Source of the DNA: the human T2T-CHM13v2.0 reference genome, Homo sapiens
DNA: 64,000 bases
Assembly: GCF_009914755.1 (NCBI RefSeq)
Contig: NC_060926.1
Direction: 5' to 3' (one strand)
The translations under genes and the position numbers were made by a program. Below the pieces are notes generated by a model. That model was not told where the DNA came from and made no database searches. It worked only from the letters and a program-made list of their open reading frames with translations. Below, in pieces: positions 61,052-64,000 of the stretch. Every line of letters begins with the position of its first letter. Position 1 is the stretch's first letter.

Positions 61052-61883
61052 GTAAGTTAATTCAAACTGAATTGCTTTGTTAATGCCTTTGTTAATATCG
61101 TCCTGTATTTTTATTACATTTCACTTGCAGAGATAGTAGAGTACGTTTTAATTATGTATGACTACTTCATTGTCATCTACTATGTTGAAGTAATTTTTTT
61201 ACCATAGCTGCATTAAACAAATTTTATTGAAGTTACTGAATGTTTTTTATTAATTTTAAAAAGTTAAATTATCTGTGTTCATACATTACTTCTGTTATTT
61301 GATAAATTAAATAACTATTTACCTCATTAGCCTCTTGTGATAGATATACTATTTTAGTGTCATAGTGGGAATATGGCTTTGGAGTCAGATAAACCTAGGC
61401 TTGAATCCCGTCTCTGCCTTCTATTATCTCTCTGGCCTTTGGGCAGCTTAGGTAAATTCTTTGAGCCTCAATATCTCATCTATAAAATAAGGATACAAAT
61501 ACCTACCTATCTGAAAGGTTTTATGTGTGTATCTTTTTTTCTTTTTCTTTTGTTTTTACAGACAGGGTGTCTGTTGCCCAAGCTAGAGTGCAGTGGTGCA
61601 ATCATAGCTTGTTGGAGCCTTGAATTCCTGGGGACAAGTGATCATCTCTCCTTGGCTTCCTGAGTAGCTGGGACTACAGGCTTACACCACTGCCTCCAGT
61701 TAAATTTTTAAATTTTTTTGTAGCAATGAGGTCTCACTATATTGCTCAGAACTCCTGGCTTCAAGTGATCCTCCTGCCACAGCCTCTCAAAATGCTAGGA
61801 TTATAAGCGTGAGCCACCATGCTTGGCCTATTATTTATTTTTTAACTCAGGTATTTATAGGCTTATATAAATATTTGATGCTA

Positions 61884-63068
<1,185 letters not shown>

Positions 63069-63124
63069 GTAATAAATTGAATGACTGATTTGAAATGGTA
63101 AAATTAACTTAGAACAGGCCTGTT

Positions 63125-63785
<661 letters not shown>

Positions 63786-63810
63786 TTTTTTTTGTTTTTG
63801 TTTTTTTTGA

Positions 63811-63999
<189 letters not shown>

Positions 64000-64000
64000 C

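Overview
Primate, almost certainly human, genomic DNA. It covers the head-to-head 5' ends of ATAD2B and UBXN2A. ATAD2B is on the minus strand: coding exon 1 is at 29247-29462, and intron 1 fills the window to the left with no further exon recognised. UBXN2A is on the plus strand: a non-coding exon 1 in a CpG island ends at 43341, and the first coding exon is 60997-61051 (MKDVDNLKSIKEEW). The rest is mostly repeat. I count roughly 90 Alu elements or fragments by eye, plus a 5'-inverted, truncated L1PA2/3-type element with target-site duplications (TSDs), old L1M relics, LTR pieces and hAT/Tigger DNA transposons. There are two processed pseudogenes (RPS13 and SDHC). Nearly all ORFs in the supplied track are Alu, L1 or GC-rich artefacts. 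I see no clearly new biological system. The best candidates for follow-up are: (i) a long UBXN2A isoform from the ATAD2B promoter, spliced through an LTR-derived exon and loaded with upstream ATGs (a possible 'undecoded' repressive transcript); (ii) a strong-Kozak uORF coinciding with a YY1-type motif in the ATAD2B leader; (iii) a tiny A-tailed, TSD-flanked insertion of unknown origin into which the L1 later inserted. Repeat subfamily names come from my recall of consensus sequences, and repeat boundaries are approximate.
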